In this document: piece after piece, positions 28,008 to 37,969 of the stretch
Numbering within the stretch: the first letter of the stretch is position 1
Layout: every line of letters begins with the position of its first letter
Assembly: GCA_038320345.1 (NCBI GenBank)
Contig: JBBQED010000004.1
Coordinates: forward strand, 256,678-320,677
Length of the DNA: 64,000 bases
Direction: 5' to 3'
DNA from: Bacteroidia bacterium
GTDB taxonomy: Bacteria > Bacteroidota > Bacteroidia > AKYH767-A > OLB10
Translations under genes and position numbers: made by a program
The notes under the pieces: model-generated
The model's database searches: none
Told to the model about the DNA's origin: nothing
What the model saw: the letters and a program-made list of their open reading frames with translations, nothing else

Positions 28008-29972
28008 TTAATTTCTATCCACCCAATCACCATGCTCACGAATTAAATCAATCAACGCATCTACCGCAAGACCAGCATCGATACTTTTCGTTACCACTTC
28101 GCGTCCTTTATAAAGTGTAATCTTACCCGGGCCACTTCCTACATATCCATAATCAGCATCCGCCATTTCCCCCGGACCATTCACAATACATCCCATGATT
28201 CCGATTTTAATTCCTTTTAAGTGATCAGTGCGGGAACGAATTTTTGCAGTAGTTTCTTGAAGATCGAAGAGTGTTCGTCCACAACTCGGACAACTAATAT
28301 ATTCTGTTTTAGAAATTCGTGTACGCGCTGCCTGCAGAATTCCAAAGGCCAAACTATTCAAAAATTGCGGAGATACCTTACCGTTAGCCTCGAGCCAGAT
28401 TCCATCACCGAAGCCATCAAGCAATAATCCGCCTAAATCAGTACTCGCATGCAACTGCAGATCTTCCGCTTTCAACGAATCGTAATTCTGTTTAAAAATA
28501 ATCGGCACTTTACACTCATTCATCATCAATGCTGAAGCCATACGACGCAAAGCAGGCATCGTATGTTGATTATTTGTCCAGAGCACCAACACACAGGTAG
28601 CATCCAGTTCCGCCAGCTTCAAATGATGCTTTCCCATCACATCATCCATCTCCACTAAAATAAAATTCAAGACGGAAGAAATCTGTGAGGAACCATGAAA
28701 TTCTTCAGCAGTAAATAATGGATAATGACGATCTTTCTCTGGTGCATCCTTCCACGCTTTCGCATTCATAATAACGCTTAGCGTTCCGGGAATATCGAAA
28801 GAAAGATGTTTGTTGCCCGTGAAAATATAATCGCAAGCTTGATCACCAATATTCCATTTATCAGTAGGCACAGAATACTGATAACCCACTGCGAATAAAT
28901 TTGCAGGAGTAATCGTTTCATACGTACTAAAATCAGCAACCACCCGCGGAACTTGATGAGCACCTAGATCCGAAACTTCGATGGAAGTTCGTCGCTTATA
29001 GGAATATGGATCGTAAGGTAATTCAAGAGCAGTTCCATTGCTTGTAAAATCTGGAATAGGTGCATGTGATAAACGATGCTGATAACGATCTACTAATGCG
29101 CGTGCTACTGGAATTTCAAATTCTGGATCTTCTGTGAGTGAAACACGCACGGTATCTCCAATTCCATCTTCGAGTAAAGTCCCAATTCCTGCTGCAGATT
29201 TAATCCTTCCATCTTCGCCTTCACCGGCTTCCGTAACGCCTAAATGCAAGGGATAATTCATGCCCTGCGCGGTCATTCTATTAATTAATAAACGATAAGC
29301 TTGCACCATCACCTGAGGATTCGAAGATTTCATACTCAGTACGATTTGATGATATCCTTCGTCTTCACATATTCTTAAAAACTCCAACGCAGATTCCACC
29401 ATTCCATGTGCAGTATCGCCATAACGACTCATGATACGATCACTCAATGAACCATGATTAGTACCTATCCGCATCGCAGTACCATACTCCTTGCAAATTC
29501 TTACCAATGGAATAAAACGCTCACGAATTCTTTCAAGTTCACTTTGATAAGCACTGTCGGTATATTCAATAAAATCAAATTTCTTTTTATCCGCAAAATT
29601 GCCGGGATTCACGCGCACTTTCTCCACAATTCGTGCTGCTACTTCTGCTGCATTAGGAGTGAAATGAATATCAGCAATCAACGGCGTTGCATAACCGCGC
29701 TTACGCAATTCTTTTTTTATCACTTCCAGATTTCTGGCTTCGTTAATACTCGGTGCTGTAATCCGAACGTACTCACATCCTGCATCAATCATCCTAATCG
29801 ATTGCTCCACCGTACCCATCGTATCCATGGTATCAGTAGTAGTCATGCTTTGCACGCGGATCGGATTATTACCTCCCAACGGCACGTCACCAATCATGAC
29901 TTCACGAGTTAAGAGTCGGCTGTAACGGGTCAAGCTATTACAATAGTTTCCGTTACTAAGATGATTTTCCAT
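28008..29972 (-). CDS. ispG: (E)-4-hydroxy-3-methylbut-2-enyl-diphosphate synthase, long (insert-domain) form
   Basis: 'VQSMT', 'ADIHF', 'NHGSL', 'HLGVTEAG', 'SCPSCGR', 'GCIVNGPGE'. Start at MENHL follows a TATCTTTG -7 element. Confidence 0.95.
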   Translation of the reverse strand: MENHLSNGNYCNSLTRYSRLLTREVMIGDVPLGGNNPIRVQSMTTTDTMDTMGTVEQSIRMIDAGCEYVRITAPSINEARNLEVIKKELRKRGYATPLIADIHFTPNAAEVAARIVEKVRVNPGNFADKKKFDFIEYTDSAYQSELERIRERFIPLVRICKEYGTAMRIGTNHGSLSDRIMSRYGDTAHGMVESALEFLRICEDEGYHQIVLSMKSSNPQVMVQAYRLLINRMTAQGMNYPLHLGVTEAGEGEDGRIKSAAGIGTLLEDGIGDTVRVSLTEDPEFEIPVARALVDRYQHRLSHAPIPDFTSNGTALELPYDPYSYKRRTSIEVSDLGAHQVPRVVADFSTYETITPANLFAVGYQYSVPTDKWNIGDQACDYIFTGNKHLSFDIPGTLSVIMNAKAWKDAPEKDRHYPLFTAEEFHGSSQISSVLNFILVEMDDVMGKHHLKLAELDATCVLVLWTNNQHTMPALRRMASALMMNECKVPIIFKQNYDSLKAEDLQLHASTDLGGLLLDGFGDGIWLEANGKVSPQFLNSLAFGILQAARTRISKTEYISCPSCGRTLFDLQETTAKIRSRTDHLKGIKIGIMGCIVNGPGEMADADYGYVGSGPGKITLYKGREVVTKSIDAGLAVDALIDLIREHGDWVDRN

Positions 29973-30254
29973 GCGGTGCAAAGATAAGGATACCCACCCT
30001 AACAGGCAGGTGCCGAAAAGGTTCAAACTGCATCAATCTGTGAATCTACGCCATCAATTTATTGTGCACTACTCAAAGAATATTGATCGGCCCATTTTCC
30101 CTCGGTAATCCACTTTCCTATTTTACCGATTACTTTACCCTTAAACTTCCTTTTTTCTAAAGTTTCCTTCGTTCAAAAGAGAATTTTTTAGATGCATTAA
30201 CATTCGCAAACCCCTGAATTACAATCCAAAACAAAAAACGGAGACACAAGTTTT

Positions 30255-30365
30255 ATTAATGCTCCAGGACCAACATCCTTGGGAGAATTTTTGATGAACA
30301 GGGCAACTTAGTTGGGGGTGATTACTTCAGGTGCGATAGTGGAACACAATAATGCGGTGTACTAA
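30255..30365 (+). pseudogene. Possible degenerate remnant of a trypsin-like serine protease C-terminal segment
   Basis: Frame-shifted pieces read INAPGPTSLG / FDEQGNLVG / VITSGAIVEHNNAVY*, resembling 'PGNSGGPLFD..GN.VGVIT'. Confidence 0.25.
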
Positions 30366-30380
30366 CCCAAGTATTCTTTT

Positions 30381-30570
30381 TTTGGGCGTGCCCGCTTCAA
30401 AAAGCTGCGCTTCTTGAAGCGGTCGTGCTATGCATGGCTTCACTTCGTTCCGGTGCCGTTTGCTCCACGTATTGTTACAACTGTACATTCCAATTTCATC
30501 ACCTTCTTATTTCAGTGATCATCTTATAAACGGCACTGCCTTAGGCACCACTCCTATCACTCACGCAAAA
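30381..30570 (+). ncRNA. Structured Flavo-1-like RNA/repeat element
   Basis: Ends TTTGGGCGTGCCC...GGTCGTGCTAT...CTATCACTCACGCAAAA. Stems: GCGTG/CACGC, CCGCTTCAA/TTGAAGCGG, GTGCCGTTT/AAACGGCAC, TGCC/GGCA. Confidence 0.55.
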
Positions 30571-30601
30571 TAAACTGTTTTAAAAATCCGTAACTTACAC
30601 C

Positions 30602-31084
30602 ATGCTCAAATCATTTCTAGAAACCGATTTTTATCTGCTTGAGAAATGGGTACAAACACCAGAAATACTTTTTGAATTTGCAGGAACTACTTTTACTTTT
30701 CCCCTTACTTATCTTCAAATTGTTAATTATCAACTTCAATTCCCTGATCGCTTATTATACTTAGGCTATACTCCCGAAGGTCGCGCTTTTGCTTTTGGCG
30801 AAATCATTCCTCAATGCACCAATATCCCTCGTTTAGGAAGAATATTGGTTGGGGAACAATCAGATCGTGGTAAAGGGTTAGGGAAATATTTTATCAAGCT
30901 CCTTATTTCAGAATGTACTCGACGCTTTCTCACAGCGAAAGTTGAACTATATGTTATGGAAGAAAATAAAATCGCACAGCAGACTTACAAAAGTTTAGGA
31001 TTTGAATTTAGTACCGACGATCCCATTCTACTTCATCATCAAGAAAAAGTGTACAAAATTTTCAAAATGAAACGCAGCACTTAA
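30602..31084 (+). CDS. GNAT N-acetyltransferase
   Basis: 'RLGRILV...RGKGLGK', 'N..AQQTYKSLGF'. Confidence 0.85.
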   Translation: MLKSFLETDFYLLEKWVQTPEILFEFAGTTFTFPLTYLQIVNYQLQFPDRLLYLGYTPEGRAFAFGEIIPQCTNIPRLGRILVGEQSDRGKGLGKYFIKLLISECTRRFLTAKVELYVMEENKIAQQTYKSLGFEFSTDDPILLHHQEKVYKIFKMKRST

Positions 31085-31108
31085 GAAAAGTACAATGAAA
31101 ATTATAAA

Positions 31109-31516
31109 TTATTTTTCCATCGTAAAATAATCATTCAAAGGATCTAGCACATAATCGATCCATCCATTTCCAGTTTTATCTGCTTCTTCCTGAGAGGGGA
31201 AATTAGTGTGAAACAATACCACATCAGTTCCGGCGGGATGCTTCTTAAACTGAAAATGCACCTCAGAAGCCGGAGATTTTTTATCCCATTCCTCCGGCTT
31301 CCAGGTGTATGCAAGTTCTTTCCCGGGAACAAAAGAAACTATTTCTCCAGTTACCCATCCATCGAACATTTCAAAGGGTCCTCCCGCTTCAGGTGAAACA
31401 ACTGACAATCCTCCACCCCACGCAGCAATAATTCCTGAGTCTGTGAGTGCTTCAAATACCTTTTCAGGAGTTGAATACACGATGAATGTAGTTTTGAAGG
31501 TGTACTTACTTGCCAT
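31109..31516 (-). CDS. SRPBCC/AHSA1 domain protein
   Basis: 'PEKVFEALTD', 'GGPF.MFDG...G', 'GT.V.L.H', 'GW..Y..PL..YF'. Confidence 0.85.
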   Translation of the reverse strand: MASKYTFKTTFIVYSTPEKVFEALTDSGIIAAWGGGLSVVSPEAGGPFEMFDGWVTGEIVSFVPGKELAYTWKPEEWDKKSPASEVHFQFKKHPAGTDVVLFHTNFPSQEEADKTGNGWIDYVLDPLNDYFTMEK

Positions 31517-31539
31517 TATAACTTCTTATTACTGATTGA

Positions 31540-33615
31540 TTAATTAAAAACGATTAATTGTTGGAACGTATCGCTACCTGCAGTAATGCGGAGCATATAC
31601 ATTCCGCTATAAGATTTATTCTGCAGTGTTTGTTCAAATATTCCAGAGGCCGCATCAGAAGGGGTAGTTTCTTCTACTTTACGTCCTGTCATATCAAACA
31701 ATTCCAATTTCACGCTTACACTTTTCGGGCGATCCATCTTTATATTCAATTGACTTGATGCTGGATTAGGCCATGCTAAGAAACTATATTGATCCGCTAA
31801 TATTTCATTGATCCCTACAATGCCTGTGATATTGATATCGTCGATATAAATATTATTTCCAAGATCATTAGTGAATTCAAATTTCAAACGGACGCTAGGC
31901 TTATTGCTAAATTGCGCACTCGTAAGACTCACAGTTTCTGATCTCCAATCTGCTGGTGCTGGAATATACGCTCCACTAGTAGTTGTTGTTGTAGTTCTGA
32001 GATTCGCATTGGCTTTCAAATAACGTTGAACCCAATTGAGTCCGCAATCAGTACTTACAAATACTTTCAGCGATGAACTATCTGTTGTTGATTTCACTGC
32101 AAATGCTAACTTGAATGTTACTTGCGCCGCCGACAAATTAGTTAAATCATAAGTAGGAGTGATGAAAGCATCAACAGCTCCTGCAGGATTTCCACTTTGA
32201 TTCACCAAGCGAATTGATTTTGTTCCAGTAACTGCGGCTAGTGCTGTAATATTCCAAGAAGTAGTAGGTGCAGTATTTTCTACCACCCAATCATTACCTG
32301 GAATCGTGATGGTTTCAAAACTCTCAACAGTTGGAACACTACCTGTCCCGGTATTCGGTAATACATTAATCATTGCAGTTCTGATCAAGGTATCCGCTCC
32401 TGATCCATTTGAAACAATTATAGAAACATCATAAGTTCCTATTGTATTATAAGTAATAGCAGTTGTTGCAGCAGTATCTGTTGATGGTAACCCTCCCGGA
32501 AAACTCCAGACCCTAGCAGTTACATCTCCATTCCAAGATTTATCAGAAAAATTAATTGTTGTTCCTGCACAAACACTGTAAACACGATTTGTAAAGTCTG
32601 CTATTGGAGCACAGGTTTGTAAAGTATGCCCTGTTTCAGTTCCTGTTAACACTAAATTTGCTTGGTCGTATAAATTAAATCTAGATCCTGCAGCACCATT
32701 TAATGCTGCATGCATCACTGACTTTTGCCCTTCGGTAAACATTTTATGACAAGCAGCATAATCCATGTAGTTCTGCACATTCGCAATCGTACCACATGAA
32801 TTTAGAGAAGTGTTGCACCCTCCAATGATTCCCTTAGTATTCGGAGTATCCTGAATTCCATCGTCGATATTACAATTGGAAGCTAATCCGGGAGTATTGC
32901 TATTTCCCCATGTATGCGGAAGGTTAAGCCAATGTCCTACTTCATGCGCAAGGGAACGCTCAGAGTAATTACTTCCATTGGATGTTCCAATTCCACCAAT
33001 ATAATCATGCAGGATAACTACACCATCAACACCGGCACTAATTCCAGGATAATAAGCATATCCTGCAGCTCCACTAGCGATAACTTTCACTACCCAAATA
33101 TTTAGATACTGATCGTTGGGCCAGTCCACTAATGCTTTAACATTATCACTTGCTGTTTCAGTAAGTTTAGAATACGTGCGTGTGATTCCGTCTGTACAAT
33201 TACCATCAGGATCTACATTCGCTAAAACAAATTCTATCTGACAATCCGCAAAGATGGGTTGAAACAAGGGAATCACATCAACAGTGTCTGGATTGAGTTT
33301 CTGATAACTTAAATTGAGAATCCTCACAGCATCTTCAATTTGTGCTTTACTAATATTTTCAATTCCATACGTGTGAATAACATGGAATACCACAGGGATG
33401 CGATAAAGAATTCCGCCTCCTGCTGTTACTACACGTTGTGCAGGACCTGTATAATCTTTGGTAAACTGCTGCAACTGCGCATGACGAATAGCAATAGATG
33501 GATCTGCTTTCACAGCTTCGTTCCACATACTATCGGTGATACAAGGTTTGTCCTGCGCTTTCACCAACATCACCGAAGTGATCATCAGAAAGAGACTCAA
33601 TATAATTTTTTTCAT
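31540..33615 (-). CDS. M43 (pappalysin/ulilysin-like) zinc metalloprotease with PKD domain and T9SS type-A CTD
   Basis: 'IPVVFHVIH', zinc motif 'HEVGHWLNLPHTW', Met-turn 'NYMDY', PKD 'WSFPGG', CTD 'WPNPA...GMYML'. Confidence 0.9.
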   Translation of the reverse strand: MKKIILSLFLMITSVMLVKAQDKPCITDSMWNEAVKADPSIAIRHAQLQQFTKDYTGPAQRVVTAGGGILYRIPVVFHVIHTYGIENISKAQIEDAVRILNLSYQKLNPDTVDVIPLFQPIFADCQIEFVLANVDPDGNCTDGITRTYSKLTETASDNVKALVDWPNDQYLNIWVVKVIASGAAGYAYYPGISAGVDGVVILHDYIGGIGTSNGSNYSERSLAHEVGHWLNLPHTWGNSNTPGLASNCNIDDGIQDTPNTKGIIGGCNTSLNSCGTIANVQNYMDYAACHKMFTEGQKSVMHAALNGAAGSRFNLYDQANLVLTGTETGHTLQTCAPIADFTNRVYSVCAGTTINFSDKSWNGDVTARVWSFPGGLPSTDTAATTAITYNTIGTYDVSIIVSNGSGADTLIRTAMINVLPNTGTGSVPTVESFETITIPGNDWVVENTAPTTSWNITALAAVTGTKSIRLVNQSGNPAGAVDAFITPTYDLTNLSAAQVTFKLAFAVKSTTDSSSLKVFVSTDCGLNWVQRYLKANANLRTTTTTTSGAYIPAPADWRSETVSLTSAQFSNKPSVRLKFEFTNDLGNNIYIDDINITGIVGINEILADQYSFLAWPNPASSQLNIKMDRPKSVSVKLELFDMTGRKVEETTPSDAASGIFEQTLQNKSYSGMYMLRITAGSDTFQQLIVFN

Positions 33616-33648
33616 GCTGCTAGTATAAATTATTCTGGTGATTTAATT

Positions 33649-33682
33649 GAATGCCCCGACTTGTGTCAAAGCCGGGGCATTC
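33649..33682. terminator. Intergenic hairpin between the two M43 genes
   Basis: GAATGCCCCG...CGGGGCATTC inverted repeat. Confidence 0.6.
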
Positions 33683-33704
33683 TTATTACTTTATAATATT
33701 CAAA

Positions 33705-35807
33705 TTATTGAATAACGATTTTTTTAGTAACTGTTTTCTCTCCGAAAATCAAGCGCACCAAGTACACTCCACTTTCCAGATTATTTTCCATTGTATATTG
33801 ATGGTCACCAGCAGGAAGGTCATCACTAAAAGTGCTAATCAATCTTCCTGAAACATCTTGTACTTCTATTTTCACATTTCCTGCAGCTGCAGTTGTGAAA
33901 TTCATATAACTTAACGAAGTACTTGGATTAGGATAGATATTCACGGAAGCATATTCAGCATTGATGTCATCTACTCCGGTAATTGTTCCGTTGATGTTTA
34001 TATTATCAATGTAAATATTATTACCCGAATCATGGGTGAATTCAAATTTGAAACGAACATTCGGTTGCGTAGATACAGTAACAGGAGCTAGATTCACGGG
34101 AATATTTACCCATTGAGATGCTGTTGGCACAAAATTAATCGTCACTGGATTAGCTGTTGTTGCAAGAGCAGTTCCTGTTTTAGTTAATCGTACAGTCCAT
34201 GTTTTACCGCAGTTCGTAGAATAATAAACGGTTAGTTTATCAGTATTGGTAGATGTTGCACTAGTGATTGCATAGGCTACATCAAAAGTCATTTGTGTTC
34301 CGGTAACATTACTAAGATTAAATGCTGGCATCAGGAATTCATCAGGACCTTTATCATTATTCGAAAAGTTATTGATGAATATAGAACGAGCTCCGGAGGC
34401 AGCAGCAACAGTTGTTAATCCCCATGTACTTCCTCCGTTAGCATTATAAACTGACCAATCAGCAAAAGGAAAATTTCCATTTTCAAAGCCTTCTGAAAAA
34501 GGTGAGAATGCCCCCACGGTAGTAGTAGTAACTGTTACCATTCCTGTAATCGTTTTCGTATCCGATCCGGAAGCATTCGTGACTGTTAATGAAACATCAT
34601 AAGTTCCGGCTGTTGCATACAAGATAGTAGGAATTGCAGAAGTATCGCTTGATGGTGTTCCACCAGGGAAACTCCAAACACGTGATGCACCAATTCCACC
34701 CCAAGAAAGATCTTTAAAAGTAAGACTTCCACCTTCGCAAACATTTAATGGACGAGGAATGAAATCTGCAATAGGACTACACAGGACCGCTGGTGTTCCA
34801 TCGGTTCCGGTAGCTAAAAGATTTGAAGCAGTATATAAATTATTTCTACCTGAAACGGGAGAACTCAAAGCTGCATCCATTCGTTGTGATTGACCCACTG
34901 TAAAAATATTTTGACAATCTCCATTGGTATAATCCATATAGTTCGGATACATAATACCGTTAGGAGGACCAGTACAACCATCCGTTAAAGGAAAAGTAGG
35001 ACAGATACTTAATGTCCAGTCCGCTTGATTAGGAGTATCATTTACAAAATCAGTTCCTGAACAAAGTCCTGCATCATCTCCCCAGATATGACGTAAGTTT
35101 AACCAGTGACCAATTTCATGCGTAGCTGTACGTCCTGCTCCACCAGAACTTGTTGCTGTTCCTATACTTCCAAAGAAATCATGTTTAATAACCACTCCAT
35201 CTGTTGCAGCAGCGCCACCAGGGAATTGAGCAAAGCCAATTACAGAACCAGGGCCACCATTTGTATTGGCAATAGAATTTACAATCCAGAGATTTAAATA
35301 TTTATTGCTCGGCCAGTAAATCAAACCTTTTACATTATTCCGTGCATTGTAAGTGAGTGGTGAATAAACGCGGTTAATTCCAGTGGTACAATTTCCATTC
35401 TCATCCAATTGCGCTAAACGAAATTCAATTTGACAATCTGCGCCAATGGCAGCAAATGCGGCAGGTGTATTTGCAGCATCCGCATTCAATCTACGAAAAT
35501 CTTTATTGAGTGAATCGATTTGATCCTGAACCTGTGCATCCGAAATATTTTCCGGTCCACCATAATGAATGATATGAACCACTACAGGAATAATCCGAAC
35601 AACGCTAGAGGAGCGGTTATTGGTATTCTGCACATTTTGCACATACTGCTCCGTAAATTTTTCGAGAGCTTCTCTGTTTTGCAAAACAGAAGCATCTTTT
35701 GCTACAGCTTCACGAAACATAATTTCCGTCAGGCATTTCTCTTGAGCTTGCGCTGACTGGATAAATCCCGTGAGGCATATAATGGCAACGATAAATAATT
35801 TTCTCAT
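33705..35807 (-). CDS. M43 zinc metalloprotease with PKD domain and T9SS type-A CTD (paralog of the adjacent gene)
   Basis: 'IPVVVHIIH', 'HEIGHWLNLRHIWGD', 'NYMDY', CTD 'IYPNP...SGVYLV...KKIVIQ'. Confidence 0.9.
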   Translation of the reverse strand: MRKLFIVAIICLTGFIQSAQAQEKCLTEIMFREAVAKDASVLQNREALEKFTEQYVQNVQNTNNRSSSVVRIIPVVVHIIHYGGPENISDAQVQDQIDSLNKDFRRLNADAANTPAAFAAIGADCQIEFRLAQLDENGNCTTGINRVYSPLTYNARNNVKGLIYWPSNKYLNLWIVNSIANTNGGPGSVIGFAQFPGGAAATDGVVIKHDFFGSIGTATSSGGAGRTATHEIGHWLNLRHIWGDDAGLCSGTDFVNDTPNQADWTLSICPTFPLTDGCTGPPNGIMYPNYMDYTNGDCQNIFTVGQSQRMDAALSSPVSGRNNLYTASNLLATGTDGTPAVLCSPIADFIPRPLNVCEGGSLTFKDLSWGGIGASRVWSFPGGTPSSDTSAIPTILYATAGTYDVSLTVTNASGSDTKTITGMVTVTTTTVGAFSPFSEGFENGNFPFADWSVYNANGGSTWGLTTVAAASGARSIFINNFSNNDKGPDEFLMPAFNLSNVTGTQMTFDVAYAITSATSTNTDKLTVYYSTNCGKTWTVRLTKTGTALATTANPVTINFVPTASQWVNIPVNLAPVTVSTQPNVRFKFEFTHDSGNNIYIDNININGTITGVDDINAEYASVNIYPNPSTSLSYMNFTTAAAGNVKIEVQDVSGRLISTFSDDLPAGDHQYTMENNLESGVYLVRLIFGEKTVTKKIVIQ

Positions 35808-35884
35808 AGTAGTGTTCAATGTATAGATTGGAGGGGATTGATTTGGGAGCACTAAATTAGTAATTAAGGTCTTACAAATAATAG

Positions 35885-35913
35885 AAAAAGCCTCCTGAAC
35901 TTTTTCAGGAGGC
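35885..35913 (-). terminator. Rho-independent terminator of the DUF349 gene
   Basis: AAAAA-GCCTCCTGAA...TTCAGGAGGC (U-tract on the minus strand). Confidence 0.75.
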
Positions 35914-35950
35914 CGTATTTTTACAAGTAATTTACATGATTATCCCAGAT

Positions 35951-37969
35951 CTACTGTGCATTCCTCAATTCTGTGAGTTTTAGCTTTAATTTATTGATCT
36001 CATCTTTAGCATCCTGAATTTTTTGCTCGTATTCCTGCTTCAATGCAGAGGCATTCTTCGATTTAGCAAAAAACCCTAGATTATTTTCCCACAATTGAAC
36101 TTCACTATTCAGCTTTGTTACAAGGTGTTGAAGATTTCTTTGCTCATCATTTCCTGCTGCGGGAGCATGATCATGGTGCGCACGCTGAGGACGATCTCCC
36201 GATCTTCTTTCACGATGATCATTGCGTTCCGGACGATCTTGACGATCACCACCAGAGCGGAATGCCTGACGGTATTCCGGCTTCGACTTTAAAGCATCGA
36301 AATGTACTTGAATTGCAGTACGGAACCGACCTTGAATATCATCCTTATTAGCAAGTGGCACTAGACCAATCTCAGTGAAATTTCGCTGGAAGGCTTTCAG
36401 TTGTTCTATAGCTTCACTAGGTTCTGTAGGCATAACAAACTGTTCTACAGTAGTGATCAGTTCATTTTTCTTAATCAGATTTGCATCCTGATGCTGATCT
36501 TGATCGGCGAAATGAGCGGTTTTACGATTGAAAAATGCATCACAAGCTTCTTTGAAACGCTGCCAGATTTTTTCATTACGATCACCTGCAGGTCCAATCT
36601 TTTTCCACTCTTGTTGTAAACGAATTAACTCATTCGCAGTAGCTTTCCAGTCACTACTTTCTTTGAGTGCTTCAGCCTGAATGCAAAGCTCAGTTTTCTG
36701 TTGGAGATTAGCAGCATATTCTTGCTTCTTCTTTTTATAGAAAAGATCTTTATTGCGGAAAAACTGATCACAAGTAGCTTTGAATCGCTGCCAGATCGTA
36801 TCATTATGTTCTTTTCCAGCAGGACCTATCTTACGCCATTCCGATTGTAATTCAAGAAGTTGCTTTAACCCTTCTTGCCATTGCGGATGCTTTTCATAAA
36901 CTTCTTTCAACAATGCATCTGCCTTTTCTGCTAGCGCTGATTTTGCGGTAAAATTGGCTTCAAACTGTTGTTTCATGGAATCTAAATAACCTCTTTTGTT
37001 ATCATAGATTTTATCTACTGCCGCTTTAAAACGAATCCAGATTTCGGTTCGTTTTTCTCGAGGGACAGCACCCATTTCTCTCCATTTATGCTGTAACGTC
37101 TGAATTTCCTGTAAGGCTTTATTTAAGGAAGGCTCCAGCATCAATTCTTCAGCACGCTCACAAAGCTGGATTTTCATCTCCAGATTCTTTTTCATCTCCA
37201 GATCTTGCAGTTCGCGGTTGATCTTGATGAACTCATAAAAACGATCGCTGTATAATTTATAAGTCATCCACAGATCATTCACATTCTGAGGAGGAACTGG
37301 ACCAATACTTCTCCATTTTGCTTGGAGTTCATGAAACTCATTAAATGCCTTCGACATGTCTTCTTCTTGTTGAAGAATTGCCTTCATGGCCTGAAGAATT
37401 TCATTTTTTGCCTTCAGATTCTCCTGTCGAAGTTTCTCTTGCCCGAGGACAAATTCAGAACGTCGCTTTTGAAATATTTTATGTGCATCGAAAAAGCTTT
37501 CTTCGAGTGCGTCTTTATAATCGAAATCTTCGCGCAAACCTCCTGTTTCCAAGTATGCTGCTAATGCTGTTTCTCGTTCAGCATTGATAATCAATTGAAA
37601 AGCTTCTTTAGCAGCGCCAGCACCGTTTTTCACAGTATTTACATCATTGGCCTTGCTAAAAGCTTCCATTTTCTCAAGCAGTTCTTCTTTTCCCATGTGA
37701 GCGAAATTCTCAATGGGTTCTGCTTCAATTTCTTCATGATGAACTTCCATCTCACTGAGAACTTTAATTTCTTCATCATGAGGAGCTTCAACCGCTTCAG
37801 AAGCAGCTGGTTCAGTCATGGTTGCTGCTGATTTTACTTCAGCTACCGGCGGATTTTCCGCCACAGGACTGGATGCATGAACCTCCTCAATTGAGGCTTC
37901 AGCATTTACGATTTCAGGTTGTTCAGCCTTGTTTTCAGGCTGCTCAGGGGTCACAGAATTGCTTTCCAT
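35951..37969 (-). CDS. DUF349 repeat protein
   Basis: Repeated 'LQ.EW..IGP......IW.RFK..CD.FF' / 'N...K..LC..AE.L' units; acidic low-complexity N-terminus; C-terminal 'ENNLGFF'. Confidence 0.85.
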   Translation of the reverse strand: MESNSVTPEQPENKAEQPEIVNAEASIEEVHASSPVAENPPVAEVKSAATMTEPAASEAVEAPHDEEIKVLSEMEVHHEEIEAEPIENFAHMGKEELLEKMEAFSKANDVNTVKNGAGAAKEAFQLIINAERETALAAYLETGGLREDFDYKDALEESFFDAHKIFQKRRSEFVLGQEKLRQENLKAKNEILQAMKAILQQEEDMSKAFNEFHELQAKWRSIGPVPPQNVNDLWMTYKLYSDRFYEFIKINRELQDLEMKKNLEMKIQLCERAEELMLEPSLNKALQEIQTLQHKWREMGAVPREKRTEIWIRFKAAVDKIYDNKRGYLDSMKQQFEANFTAKSALAEKADALLKEVYEKHPQWQEGLKQLLELQSEWRKIGPAGKEHNDTIWQRFKATCDQFFRNKDLFYKKKKQEYAANLQQKTELCIQAEALKESSDWKATANELIRLQQEWKKIGPAGDRNEKIWQRFKEACDAFFNRKTAHFADQDQHQDANLIKKNELITTVEQFVMPTEPSEAIEQLKAFQRNFTEIGLVPLANKDDIQGRFRTAIQVHFDALKSKPEYRQAFRSGGDRQDRPERNDHRERRSGDRPQRAHHDHAPAAGNDEQRNLQHLVTKLNSEVQLWENNLGFFAKSKNASALKQEYEQKIQDAKDEINKLKLKLTELRNAQ

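Noticed and set aside
29454-29912. 152-aa plus-strand ORF
   Set aside because: Antisense shadow of ispG.
28008-29972. Unusually long IspG
   Set aside because: The insert-domain form is an established variant in Bacteroidota, Chlamydiae and plastids; not novel.
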